Both the position numbers and the translations under genes were made by a program. A DNA stretch of 35,987 nucleotides from a virus. Lineage: Duplodnaviria > Caudoviricetes. Below are positions 1 through 9,800 of this stretch, piece after piece. Numbering within the stretch: position 1 is the stretch's first letter; each line of letters opens with the position of its first letter. Under the pieces are notes generated by a model. The model made no database searches, was not told the DNA's origin, and saw nothing but the letters and a program-made list of their open reading frames with translations. The stretch is from positions 1-35,987 of the IMG/VR virus record IMGVR_UViG_3300025108_000175. One strand, given 5' to 3'.

Positions 1-1695
1 GACAGGGAAGTTTTCACTTCCTCCACCGTAGGTTAATTGAGAACCCTCTAAGCTCATACCCCAGCCCGAATTGTGGTTACAGGTAAATTGAGGTAGTGAC
101 GCTTGTGAGCGTCTCAAACGAATACCGTCGCCAACGTTCAGATAACAATTAAAACGTCCATTAAAATCAATATCCGTTCCTTCACTGTATAGACCGTGTT
201 CATTACAATCTGAAATATTGATTGTAGTAGTTAGGGTGTCTCCTCCTGCGCCGGATGTCGTCGCGAAAGTCGTTGCCCCAGCAGGAGTAGTGCCTCCTAT
301 TGGTCGATTTGGCATTCCTAGTAGTTGGGAGCCTCCGTTAGGGATGGCGGAGGTGGTGGTTTCGTTCCACGCGATTCCTCCGCGTAAGGTACAATTTCTT
401 AAGTCCATACCGCGCTTAGACTTAGTGAACAAGTTAATATATTTTCTTGAATCTTCGTAATCCGTAGAATCCCACTCCAAATCACTGTTTAGTGCATAAA
501 AACCTACGCCGTTTTGTAATCTGTTGGTATCTCCTTTACCTGTTTTGGTGTAGTTACGGTAAGCCATACAGTGACCAGTTACCTTAACTCTAGAGTTAGT
601 AGCCCTAAATCCACCAAGCGCACTTCTCATAGAAGTAACGTTATCCAAAATAACTTCGGAGTTTTCTATATCAAGACCATATTCTCCTCTGTGGACTTGT
701 CCTGTTGCGCCGTCATAATCATTTTGGTCATTACCAGCATCAACTAGCACGTCTCTGAGAATAATCGTACCTTGACAATCTTTGAGGGAGATGGAACTGA
801 AATACGCCCCATACCCAACCAAGGTACTTTGTCCTTGAGTATATTGAAGGGCTCGCTTTTGAACCATGTAATCTTTCGTAGCGGAGCCGTACCAGGGAGT
901 TGCGTCTCCCCATGAACTCGCGGCAGTTCCTGCTATCGTGGTATCCGCCCCAGCGCCGTAATCATTTCTCCAGTCATAGGGGTGTGGTATTTGGAATCCG
1001 CCATATGAGCTTATTTTCCAACTACGAGTGGTTCCTCCAGATGCCACATATGCTGTGATATTATTGGCTTGTCGGTCCGTGTCCGGTCCTTGCATAGTAA
1101 ACAAACGAGCGTTATCATACCAAGAAGTTGCGTCCGCAAACGCTGCCTCAAGTCTCGTTGACGAAACATTCATCATAGTTGCTGAGGCTATGTAAGAGTA
1201 AACTTTTTTTACATAGGTACGGTCTTCAAGTGCTGCGTCAGCTGGACTTCCTGATACAGTCGCTGTGTGGAAGGCGGAGGCGTTAACGTCTTGGAAAAAA
1301 CACTTATTTTTAATTTCTAGTTTTCCTTCGCCTTCGCAGGTTATATTGGCGAGGTCCAGGTGTCCTAGCTGTCCATAAGTACAAATCTCAATTAGGACAG
1401 GGAATTTAAGCCTTTTAGGAATTCTCTCAACAATATCGCCAATGGAATCGTAAATGGCTTTGCTTTCGTCATAATTACCGGTTGACGAAAGAGTGAAGGT
1501 TACTCCCTCAGGATTACCTCCAGGATAGCCCATAGCACGGTAAAGAGTGTCTCCTCTTTGTTCGATAGACCATAACGGCACGTTATCCTGCTCCCAGTTA
1601 TAGAAAGAGCTAGGGTCGTACTTGGGGACAGTATCCCAATTGAGGGGGATGATTCCATCACCGCCTACACTGCTTACATTTTTGAAACTTACCAT
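1..1695 (-). CDS. Tailspike / receptor-binding protein with right-handed parallel beta-helix repeats (3' end outside window, at least 565 aa)
   Basis: Not in the ORF track because it has no stop in the window. ATG at 1695 overlaps the upstream TAA (TAATG). I translated it by hand and found no stop down to position 1: MVSFKNVSSVGGDGIIPLNWDTVPKYDPSSFYNWEQDNVPLW... Later beta-helix-like repeats include YGLDIENSEVILDNV, GGFRATNSRVKV, GVGFYALNSDLEW, HGLYSEGTDIDF, DGIRLRRSQASL and WGMSLEGSQLTY. It is the last gene of the baseplate block. Confidence 0.8.
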   Translation of the reverse strand, partial: MVSFKNVSSVGGDGIIPLNWDTVPKYDPSSFYNWEQDNVPLWSIEQRGDTLYRAMGYPGGNPEGVTFTLSSTGNYDESKAIYDSIGDIVERIPKRLKFPVLIEICTYGQLGHLDLANITCEGEGKLEIKNKCFFQDVNASAFHTATVSGSPADAALEDRTYVKKVYSYIASATMMNVSSTRLEAAFADATSWYDNARLFTMQGPDTDRQANNITAYVASGGTTRSWKISSYGGFQIPHPYDWRNDYGAGADTTIAGTAASSWGDATPWYGSATKDYMVQKRALQYTQGQSTLVGYGAYFSSISLKDCQGTIILRDVLVDAGNDQNDYDGATGQVHRGEYGLDIENSEVILDNVTSMRSALGGFRATNSRVKVTGHCMAYRNYTKTGKGDTNRLQNGVGFYALNSDLEWDSTDYEDSRKYINLFTKSKRGMDLRNCTLRGGIAWNETTTSAIPNGGSQLLGMPNRPIGGTTPAGATTFATTSGAGGDTLTTTINISDCNEHGLYSEGTDIDFNGRFNCYLNVGDGIRLRRSQASLPQFTCNHNSGWGMSLEGSQLTYGGGSENFPV

Positions 1696-2321
1696 TAGAA
1701 TTCAATCGTCCATCTAAAGACTAAAATAAATGCGTCGGTCTTATAAATCTTTTTAAAGTACCTGTACGCGCATAACATAGAAGCGTCCGTCGATTCTACA
1801 TAAGGATTTTTACTATACAATCCAATCTCATTAATATACCCTTCGTCAGGGGAGTTATCCCCTACATTCAATGTTTGCTCATCTAATACAATTTGCCACA
1901 TACATTTTGTAGGAGTAATTCGTTTAATATAACCATAAGGGATTCGACCGAAAGGAGTGGTAGAGCCTCCTTTAGCTCCATTCTGAATAAGATTATGGAT
2001 GCTCATGTCCAAATTTCCCGTCCCATACTGGGCGCGAGTAAAACTCCTATTTACATCCGAAGTGCTTGAGACTTGCCACTGTCCTGCGTCGCCAGCGCCA
2101 CCCGTAGCATCTAAAGCTCCCCCCGACCCACAACGGAAATACACGCATTGAAAATTCTCTACATCTACAGTAGGCTCCGCATCAAACATCTCCGCTAAAG
2201 TAGCTCCCATACCACTACAAATAACGTTGTCGTCTTTGAAGTGAAGTTCCTTACTCCCATCTGGGTAATGTTTCCAGATTTCTAAATGTCCATGAGGCTC
2301 TGATTTTTCGAAGAATTGCAT
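1695..2321 (-). CDS. Baseplate/tail-collar structural protein (wedge or fibre-attachment type)
   Basis: N-terminus GHLEIWKHYPDG...DNVICSG and C-terminus INEIGLYS...MLCAYRYFKKIYKTDAFILVFRWTIEF resemble myovirus collar/wedge proteins. It lies between the baseplate genes and the tailspike. Confidence 0.6.
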   Translation of the reverse strand: MQFFEKSEPHGHLEIWKHYPDGSKELHFKDDNVICSGMGATLAEMFDAEPTVDVENFQCVYFRCGSGGALDATGGAGDAGQWQVSSTSDVNRSFTRAQYGTGNLDMSIHNLIQNGAKGGSTTPFGRIPYGYIKRITPTKCMWQIVLDEQTLNVGDNSPDEGYINEIGLYSKNPYVESTDASMLCAYRYFKKIYKTDAFILVFRWTIEF

Positions 2322-2322
2322 T

Positions 2323-5300
2323 TTAATAATTGATATCCCATATTATAGTAATATGGTCTGTGTTATTGTAATCTATTTTTAGACCTGGAGGAAATGTTAC
2401 TTTCTTATTGGTTAGATTAAATACAGGGTTCCGTGAGGGGTCTGCTATTTTATATAGTCCTACACGAGAACCTGGAGAATATGCAGCACTAGTACCGCTA
2501 ATCTGATAAGCGGTTCCTAGTTTGTTATAGGTTTTTTTGTAATCCAAGGCGTGTAGCCCTAAGGCTCCTATACCACCCATGTAATAATCCAGGAATCTCC
2601 AGTCATCTTTGTGGAGTTTTAAAATGTATCGCAAGGTTTTATGTCCGTATGTGGTGGCACCACCTTGGGATACTTTAAATGACGATACAATAAATCCTGC
2701 GCTTGCGTCCCGCGCATCATCATCAGTAGGAGTGTATGGGTGACGATAAATGTATCCGTCACTGTTCACGACTCCCATTTGGTTGAGAACGCCTGAGACT
2801 AAACCTCCGCTAGGGGCTAACCCGTAAGGCTGTTGCGAGTTTTGCAACCCATAAGTTCCTGAGCCAAAGAACAGCCCCGCTGATGGAAGATAAGCGCCCA
2901 TGGCTACGGCTTCCTCTAAAGTCTTCTCGCCAGTGATTGACGGGGACATTGGATTGTTGATTGCTCTCAAGCCGCTGAAAGGTTCTCCAAAACGGTTTGA
3001 ATCTTTATTAAATGGATGCGGGTAATAATTAAAGAAATTAATTCTATTTAAGAATTGTCCCAGCTGACCGGGATTGCCAGAAGGTTGAGTTGATTGCAGG
3101 GTCACATCTGCTGGCGCAGGGAACTCAGGGAAGTTAAACGTTGCTCCTGATACATGATAATGGTTAGAAGAAGCATCAGTCCATCTATAAACTTTAAAGT
3201 CTTTTATATCAATAGCCCTTAATGAGTCGCCACCTGCATTAACCGTAAAGCTTGCGGTGATTTTAGTATTAGCTCCAAACGGAGGAGCTACGATTGGAGA
3301 GGACAGCAACTGATTCCAGGTTTTTGCGTCGGCATAATATTCGTCTCGCCGTTGGTCGTCTCTATTATATAACGAAAAGGAGCTTGTTCTTTGTTCTTTT
3401 CCTGGAAGCCACTCTCTTGAGGTTTGGTTATACAGATAACGTACTTCATTGTATTTGGCGGCGATGGACATTTCTATAGTGTCATTATTTTTGGTGAGGG
3501 AAATTCCCTCTAGACCCACCGCAAACATATCACCACCTTTGAGATTGTACTCTCCTAAAGTGAAGCTTTGTGTGAGCCACGGAGCAAATGTAGAGTCCGT
3601 CTCATTTTCAACTCGTATAACAGGTACATAAATACGTGCGAACGGGACCGGCGTCCGATTCTGTCCGGATGTTGCTCGGAACATAAGTGAGCCAGGAGTT
3701 TCCCAAGCAGTCATTGCGGAGGGAGATGTGGTGTTGGTCAGTACATTAGAGCCGTTGTTCTTGTTTCGTAATTTGAACACCGCGCCATCATCGTACTTGT
3801 CATAATGGAAATTGCCGTAAGGTTCACTTGTCCATACACTGGCATCCCTAACCCACCTACTTCTTCCGCTATTGGCGACAAAGGAAACATCTTGTAAACT
3901 AATATCGTGAATAGTATAAATGCCGCCAGCCGCATCTATAATATTAATCTGGTATTCGGTATCTCTATCCAAACCGAATAAAGCCATTTTACTAATTAAG
4001 TTTTTTGGGCATGAGATAAAACTTTCTGGCGTATCGTCAGTGTTTTCGGAATAGTAATCTATAGCTTGAACTGGTTCAGGTTGCCATGAACCTGCTGTGA
4101 AGTTATAATATAATTCTTTCCAGATATCGACGTTCGTCCCAAGACCGGGTCCTTTAAGGGCGAGGTCACTTATAAGAGTAGACCCTGCCTCAGCATTGGG
4201 ACCGTAGACTGCGGCGGTCAACCTATAATCCCCGCGATTACCTAAATTGTCCGGGGTATTGGCAAAGTATTGTCGTAGTTTCCCACTAAGTACCGAAGGT
4301 AATGCAATAGGGTTTGGGTAGGTATAAGAAGTAAATCGGTTTGTATTAACTCCTGAGGGAAGGGGAAGGAAATAAGCCCCGGAAACACTGTTTCTATACG
4401 CGGGAACTATTCCTGTTACAAAGCTATCCCACTCAGCAGTTTCCCAATTAAAGAATGTGGGGTCTCCTGTACCATCGGTCGTAGAGCTTAACACGAAATA
4501 AGAGGGTGTGTTTTGGCTGTTAAAGACCTTCATGGAGAGGGTGTATTCTCCAGCGTTCGCAGCTAAGTTGTCTGAAGTAACAGAACTTGCGGGCGAAGAC
4601 CCCGATGCGGTAACCCACAAACCCCAATCCAGTGGCGTTGAACTATCATCGTTTAGTGATTTAGAAAAGAAGGGGTGGGTAGCTCTATGAGCATTAGTGT
4701 TTGTACTATATGGGTTTAGATTGGTTGGAGTGTTAGTCCCGCTATACAAGCCTCCATTGTCTTTCATCCAAGTGGATAGTACGTTGTATTTGTTGGAGTT
4801 AGGTTTTGTCCGGGCTTTCGCCTTTAAACTATATCTAAACTGTGGTAGGGTGTCGGTGTCGGATAAGTAAGTTCCTTTGACGGCTAGTCTATAGGTTTTA
4901 GTTGGTTCCAGCCCAACAAAGTTTTGTACTAATTGAGTTTTAGCTGGTACATTAATACCATCTATAGAAGCATCAATGTCTGCCTTAGCCGTACCTCCTC
5001 CAGCCAGGGTGTCATATCTAGTTGCACTTAACGTTAGCCCAGAAAAGATTTTCCCAGACTGTACACGTGCGCCAGTAGAACTAAGGCTCCACTTGGCAAT
5101 ACCGCTATGGTCGTATACATAGGTTCTCCATCCAGCTAATGGGCCAAAAGAAAAGTTTCTTATTAAGTAATAACAGAATCCGTTGGTGCCATCGCTTCGA
5201 CCTGTCCCTGCTATACTAATCGAATACGTTTCTTGTTGGGCATCGGCTGGCAAAGTAACCTGTACACCTTTCTGATACCATGTATCTTTTGCGTCATAGG

Positions 5301-6870
5301 AAACATTATAAGTGTTTCCGTTAGGTACCCAAATATCATTTTGCAGAGTAGTGCTTTGTTGCGTAAAGCTATACTCATACCCATCGGAGTCTCTTTTTAG
5401 TGTGATTTGAAGAGTTCCGCAATCAGCTGCTGCTGCTTCACCAGATACCATCGTATCAAAAGATAGCATTAGAGTTCGGCTATTATCATACTGACCGTTG
5501 GCAGCGGCTAATAGCTCAGGTTCAGTCGCAGTGTTGCTCGCGAACGCAAAAAGATTTTTATACTCGTTTCCAAGATTGAACGTTTGTTCTATTTGGGCAG
5601 CGCCGCTAGAATCTAAATCAATGGAAGATGAATATAGGGCGACACCATCGAGCTGGGTTTGGTTAATTGCTTTTTGGTTTGTTGATAAAGGGAAGACAGC
5701 ACCAAACTGAGCATTATCCTCCCTGTTAGAAGGGTTGTTTGCGTCTCTGGCAAGGGGGTTTAATTGTCTCCACCCAGGAATCTTATAAAGACCTGCTTGC
5801 GCACACCCATCAGGATTTGTCACCTCGGAAGACGGGAACTCTACTAGAATACCAAAATCATTATTCATTAATAAACTTTGGTGTTCCAGGAAGTTAGGGT
5901 TCCTTAGGATTTGGTGCCGTTCATCACACACCTCCAGACGGATAATATTAATATGGGGATTTACATAATTAAAATCCCATGGCGCAAAACTTTCATCTAT
6001 AAAACCTACCGATGGGAAAATATACTCAACAAAATATTCGTTGTTTGATTGGAATGCTTGGTCTCTCTCATTTCCGCGCAGACGGCACCTGAATTCATCT
6101 ACTTCATAAAAACTCTTAAGTTTTATTGTGTAATATAAATCTTTATTATCTTTGTCTAGAACAACAAATCTTTCTGTAGAAAAATCATAGTACTCCAAGG
6201 GGACATCATTCTTTCCACGAGAAATACGAATATCCATAGTGGCATTATGGGCTTTACCGTTGGTATAGAAGGTGTATGTGCCGCCCATCTTCATCTCAGG
6301 AAGTCTTTGTCGGAGGGTTACTTGTTCTTGTCCAGCGACCAGTTCAAATTTAGTAATATCAATCTCTCCCTCCGAGGTGATATCCGTTGTCCGCGTTACC
6401 ATGCTCGCCGCCATATCGGCGGACAGATTATACAAGGAGTTTATCTCCCAGCCTGACGTGGAGGTTAGAGTAGGATTTACTAGTAGATTGGCATCTACTT
6501 GGTTATCATATTTCCATTGGTTAAAGCCGATACTCGAATAACAGTCCCACATCTCGAATACGGCATTGTCCGTTACGGGAAGAAGTTGATAATTCTCGGC
6601 AGAGGTCGCCATGCCACTATACCAGAATCTGGAGTCTCTCTGAGAATAACCTTCCTTGGCGCTTCCCAGGGACATGGCTTGGATTTGGTAGCTAGACACT
6701 GAGCTAACTCCAGGCTCCATAGAGGTGGGAGTCGCGCTCGGGTTTGGCATATAGGTCATTACGTCGGCAATAGTTTTCCTGAAACCATCAACGACCATAT
6801 TAGAGCCTTTGTAAAGACTCTTTTTTTCATCTCCATAACTTTGGAAAATTTCTATATTACCTTTAATCAT
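2323..6870 (-). CDS. Large baseplate/collar-type structural protein with several inserted beta-sandwich (CBM-like) modules, about 1515 aa
   Basis: Start moved to ATG 6870 (MIKGNIEIF), which overlaps the upstream stop by 8 nt instead of 122 nt. Both termini resemble the 208-aa neighbour. Internal motifs include LxNPxF/L...GW and ...I[RKH][ND][FI]. Confidence 0.6.
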   Translation of the reverse strand: MIKGNIEIFQSYGDEKKSLYKGSNMVVDGFRKTIADVMTYMPNPSATPTSMEPGVSSVSSYQIQAMSLGSAKEGYSQRDSRFWYSGMATSAENYQLLPVTDNAVFEMWDCYSSIGFNQWKYDNQVDANLLVNPTLTSTSGWEINSLYNLSADMAASMVTRTTDITSEGEIDITKFELVAGQEQVTLRQRLPEMKMGGTYTFYTNGKAHNATMDIRISRGKNDVPLEYYDFSTERFVVLDKDNKDLYYTIKLKSFYEVDEFRCRLRGNERDQAFQSNNEYFVEYIFPSVGFIDESFAPWDFNYVNPHINIIRLEVCDERHQILRNPNFLEHQSLLMNNDFGILVEFPSSEVTNPDGCAQAGLYKIPGWRQLNPLARDANNPSNREDNAQFGAVFPLSTNQKAINQTQLDGVALYSSSIDLDSSGAAQIEQTFNLGNEYKNLFAFASNTATEPELLAAANGQYDNSRTLMLSFDTMVSGEAAAADCGTLQITLKRDSDGYEYSFTQQSTTLQNDIWVPNGNTYNVSYDAKDTWYQKGVQVTLPADAQQETYSISIAGTGRSDGTNGFCYYLIRNFSFGPLAGWRTYVYDHSGIAKWSLSSTGARVQSGKIFSGLTLSATRYDTLAGGGTAKADIDASIDGINVPAKTQLVQNFVGLEPTKTYRLAVKGTYLSDTDTLPQFRYSLKAKARTKPNSNKYNVLSTWMKDNGGLYSGTNTPTNLNPYSTNTNAHRATHPFFSKSLNDDSSTPLDWGLWVTASGSSPASSVTSDNLAANAGEYTLSMKVFNSQNTPSYFVLSSTTDGTGDPTFFNWETAEWDSFVTGIVPAYRNSVSGAYFLPLPSGVNTNRFTSYTYPNPIALPSVLSGKLRQYFANTPDNLGNRGDYRLTAAVYGPNAEAGSTLISDLALKGPGLGTNVDIWKELYYNFTAGSWQPEPVQAIDYYSENTDDTPESFISCPKNLISKMALFGLDRDTEYQINIIDAAGGIYTIHDISLQDVSFVANSGRSRWVRDASVWTSEPYGNFHYDKYDDGAVFKLRNKNNGSNVLTNTTSPSAMTAWETPGSLMFRATSGQNRTPVPFARIYVPVIRVENETDSTFAPWLTQSFTLGEYNLKGGDMFAVGLEGISLTKNNDTIEMSIAAKYNEVRYLYNQTSREWLPGKEQRTSSFSLYNRDDQRRDEYYADAKTWNQLLSSPIVAPPFGANTKITASFTVNAGGDSLRAIDIKDFKVYRWTDASSNHYHVSGATFNFPEFPAPADVTLQSTQPSGNPGQLGQFLNRINFFNYYPHPFNKDSNRFGEPFSGLRAINNPMSPSITGEKTLEEAVAMGAYLPSAGLFFGSGTYGLQNSQQPYGLAPSGGLVSGVLNQMGVVNSDGYIYRHPYTPTDDDARDASAGFIVSSFKVSQGGATTYGHKTLRYILKLHKDDWRFLDYYMGGIGALGLHALDYKKTYNKLGTAYQISGTSAAYSPGSRVGLYKIADPSRNPVFNLTNKKVTFPPGLKIDYNNTDHITIIWDINY

Positions 6871-9800
6871 TTTCTCTAAATCCGTAAACTCCGTTTGTGG
6901 CAGAATGACTACCTCCCCAATATTCGAGATATTCACTACGGCTTCCTCCTGATAGTAGGTAGGTTCCGGATGAATCTCTTGCATCTCTAGAGGATTTGCT
7001 AATATTTAAACCATCAAAGAAATCAAAGATATCCACAAAATCCTTTTTGGAATAATCTTCCGCATAAACATTATAGCGTTTATTTACAATATCTACACCT
7101 AAAAGTGTGACTCCATTAAATTCCCCGGTCCTATCCATCTTTGCTACTTCCACATAATAAACAGTTTGGTTATCATGTACTGGACCTGCCGAAGCAAAGT
7201 AGCCTCCAAGCGGACCGTCCTTAGAAAGTGAGTGGTATTTAAGAGGGGTGCGGCTGTTATGAGTGTTGAACTCTAACACGTGTCGTGTAGGCTCGATAGA
7301 ACTTCCAGGGAAGGTTAGTCTCTTCCACTGCCTGTCGTTGGAGGTTTCCTTTGAACTGGACCAGGATTTTGCGGCCCAGTCATAACACCAACTCTTCGCA
7401 AACGAATTCCATCCGTTCCCTACAAAAGGTTTCGGGTCCGTTACAACTCTAACATATAGATTCTCATCGGGATAAGTTTGTGCGGCTGCAATTCTAGCAA
7501 CCCGAGCATCAATACCTAATAGATATTCCTCATCCTTAAATAATTTATTTCCTTGTCTGCCCGCAGTAATATTCGTAATACCCTGTTCATAATTTTCTAT
7601 TCTAATATTTTTAATTTTGTAGGGGGTAACACTACCTTTTGTCTTACTTGCTGGGGAAATGATTAACTCATAATTATCATTTTGGTTGAATGTAGAGGAG
7701 GGTGTAATAATTCCCACGAACGTGCCAAAATTAGTCTCCGGTCGTACGGTACCACTGGTCATAATGTTTACGAGGTTAGATGATAAAGTGCTATCTATAT
7801 CCCTCCACTGGCCAACTGTGTTTGTGGCATATTGTGTCGTTGGTTGTATCCATTGTTTATTTTGGGTTCTGTTAAACAGTGCATAACTAAATCTTTGATT
7901 TGTGGAAAGCGACGCACAAGACGCATCGACCGAAAGACGGTAAGAGTTTGATGGGGTCAGGGGTCTTAGGTTGGCGGGCGTCTGACGCTCCGTCGTATTG
8001 ACTACCGTCGCAAGGTTAGGGGTTTGGGCGGTTCCTAGTACCCCCGACACGACGCCAAGAGTTCCGGGTCCAGAAGTTCCTCCTTTACCCGCTAAAGCTA
8101 CATAAGGAATCCCACTACCAGCCGGGTCTACGAAATATGAATCTGAGGCGGGGTGGGATAAATGACCTGCTTGGTTAATTACAGGGGTTCTGTTTTCATC
8201 TTGAATTTGCCATCCAGCAATAGCTGACAGAGATTTGCTTCGTAAGGTTTGTAGGTCCTTCGGGGGGAACTTTAGTTGTCCGTTATAAGAATAATTCATA
8301 TTCCCATCTAAAGTGAATCTTGTACGTACGGCTTGGAACGGACTATCTGTCCCATGTTGTTGTACCATGGTGATTCCGCTAGGAGAAATTGAATCAATAT
8401 TGTAAGATGGGTTAGATGGGTTGTTCCATACCGCAAACGCATCAATTTTAGGAGCCACAAAATCTACCCCTGATAGGATAGTCCTATTAGATTGATAAAG
8501 CTCACTTGGACGTTCAAACACATCCAAAGTATTCTCGTATGTTCCATAAGCTCCTGCGGCTAATATCCCGTCAGTCAGAGTTGCATTATTACCTAAAGTG
8601 TTAATATAAATATTGTTTCTCGTGGCAGGAGTAGCAGCCACCGCGCTCCAGTCTGGGTTGAGAGAGGAGATAGAACCGCCATAACTTCCCGGGAAAGATT
8701 TAGCTCCCAGGTTATCTTGTATTTTTCCCTTAATAGAGAAATTATGGTTAAACAGAAGAGGACCGAACACGTGGGCTAGTATATTGAATCCGCCTGCGTA
8801 CCTATCTCCATCAACTTGAGTTTCCTGGTCCACCCAGCATTGAAGTTGTCTCCTGAATGTGTTGTTGTAATCCCAGTAAAGTTTTTGTACGCCTGTTCCG
8901 AATTTGAAGTTCTCAAATCCTTGGTCGGTAAATCTATACCATCTAGCATCCTTTCTTCCTCGTCTTACAAAGATGTTGGTCATAGCCCGCAGAATCTGAG
9001 AGCCAAAGACGTCTCTAAGCTGGTTAAAGCTAGAGGCATTGGGTTCGAAATCAGGAATAGCTCGTGCTGGGAAGAAAGATGACGCTTGGAACTCAAAGAA
9101 CGGGGTTGCGGAGGTGTTGTAGTATGAGTATACCGACGATAGACTTCCCCTTGTATCCACGAAACTTTGGGAAGAGAAATTAAATCCTTTTGGTACGAAG
9201 CCGGGGAGGTTTAACCCTCTTCCTTTGAGAACGGGTTGGAGCGTACCCCCGCTCATTCCAAACCAATCTGTAGCAATTGGCTGGTTAAGTCCTTGTCTGT
9301 TTTGTGCCCATCCAGTAAATTTATATTTTAAATCTTTTCTTCTTCCTGCGGTTCTCCTCGCAATAAGTTTCTTAAGACCTAAATCATCCTCGGAGCCGCC
9401 TCCACTCCAGAAATACCCCTGAGGGGTAGTTCCTTTAGTTCCGTGTAGTGTAGCAGAGGGTAAGAACCTTCCGCTCTGAGGATTGTAGATGCTGGGAAAT
9501 ACTCCTACTCCACTAAACGACCCTCCTGCACCCCACGCACCCGGGAAAGCCGAGGCAGTGTAGGTGCTATGTATTTGGTCCATGTCCGACTGAATAGTAT
9601 TAACTACTTCTATATCTTGGATTCCGGACCACGGAATATCGTAGTTTATGTCATCTACAGGACCATATCGAGTCCCCCAGTAATCATCCACAATACTAGA
9701 CCCAACATAAATCTTATTCAGGGTGTGGAAAGGCGCAAACTGCCGGAACACATTGACAATGGTAGGGATTCCTTTACGCCCAAGCTTCGTCTTCGCTAAG

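Noticed and set aside
6871-6984. 122-nt overlap between the two giant ORFs, as a possible frameshift or dual-coding region
   Set aside because: ATG 6870 gives an ordinary short overlap and aligns with the N-terminus of the 208-aa paralogue, so the upstream extension is probably not translated.
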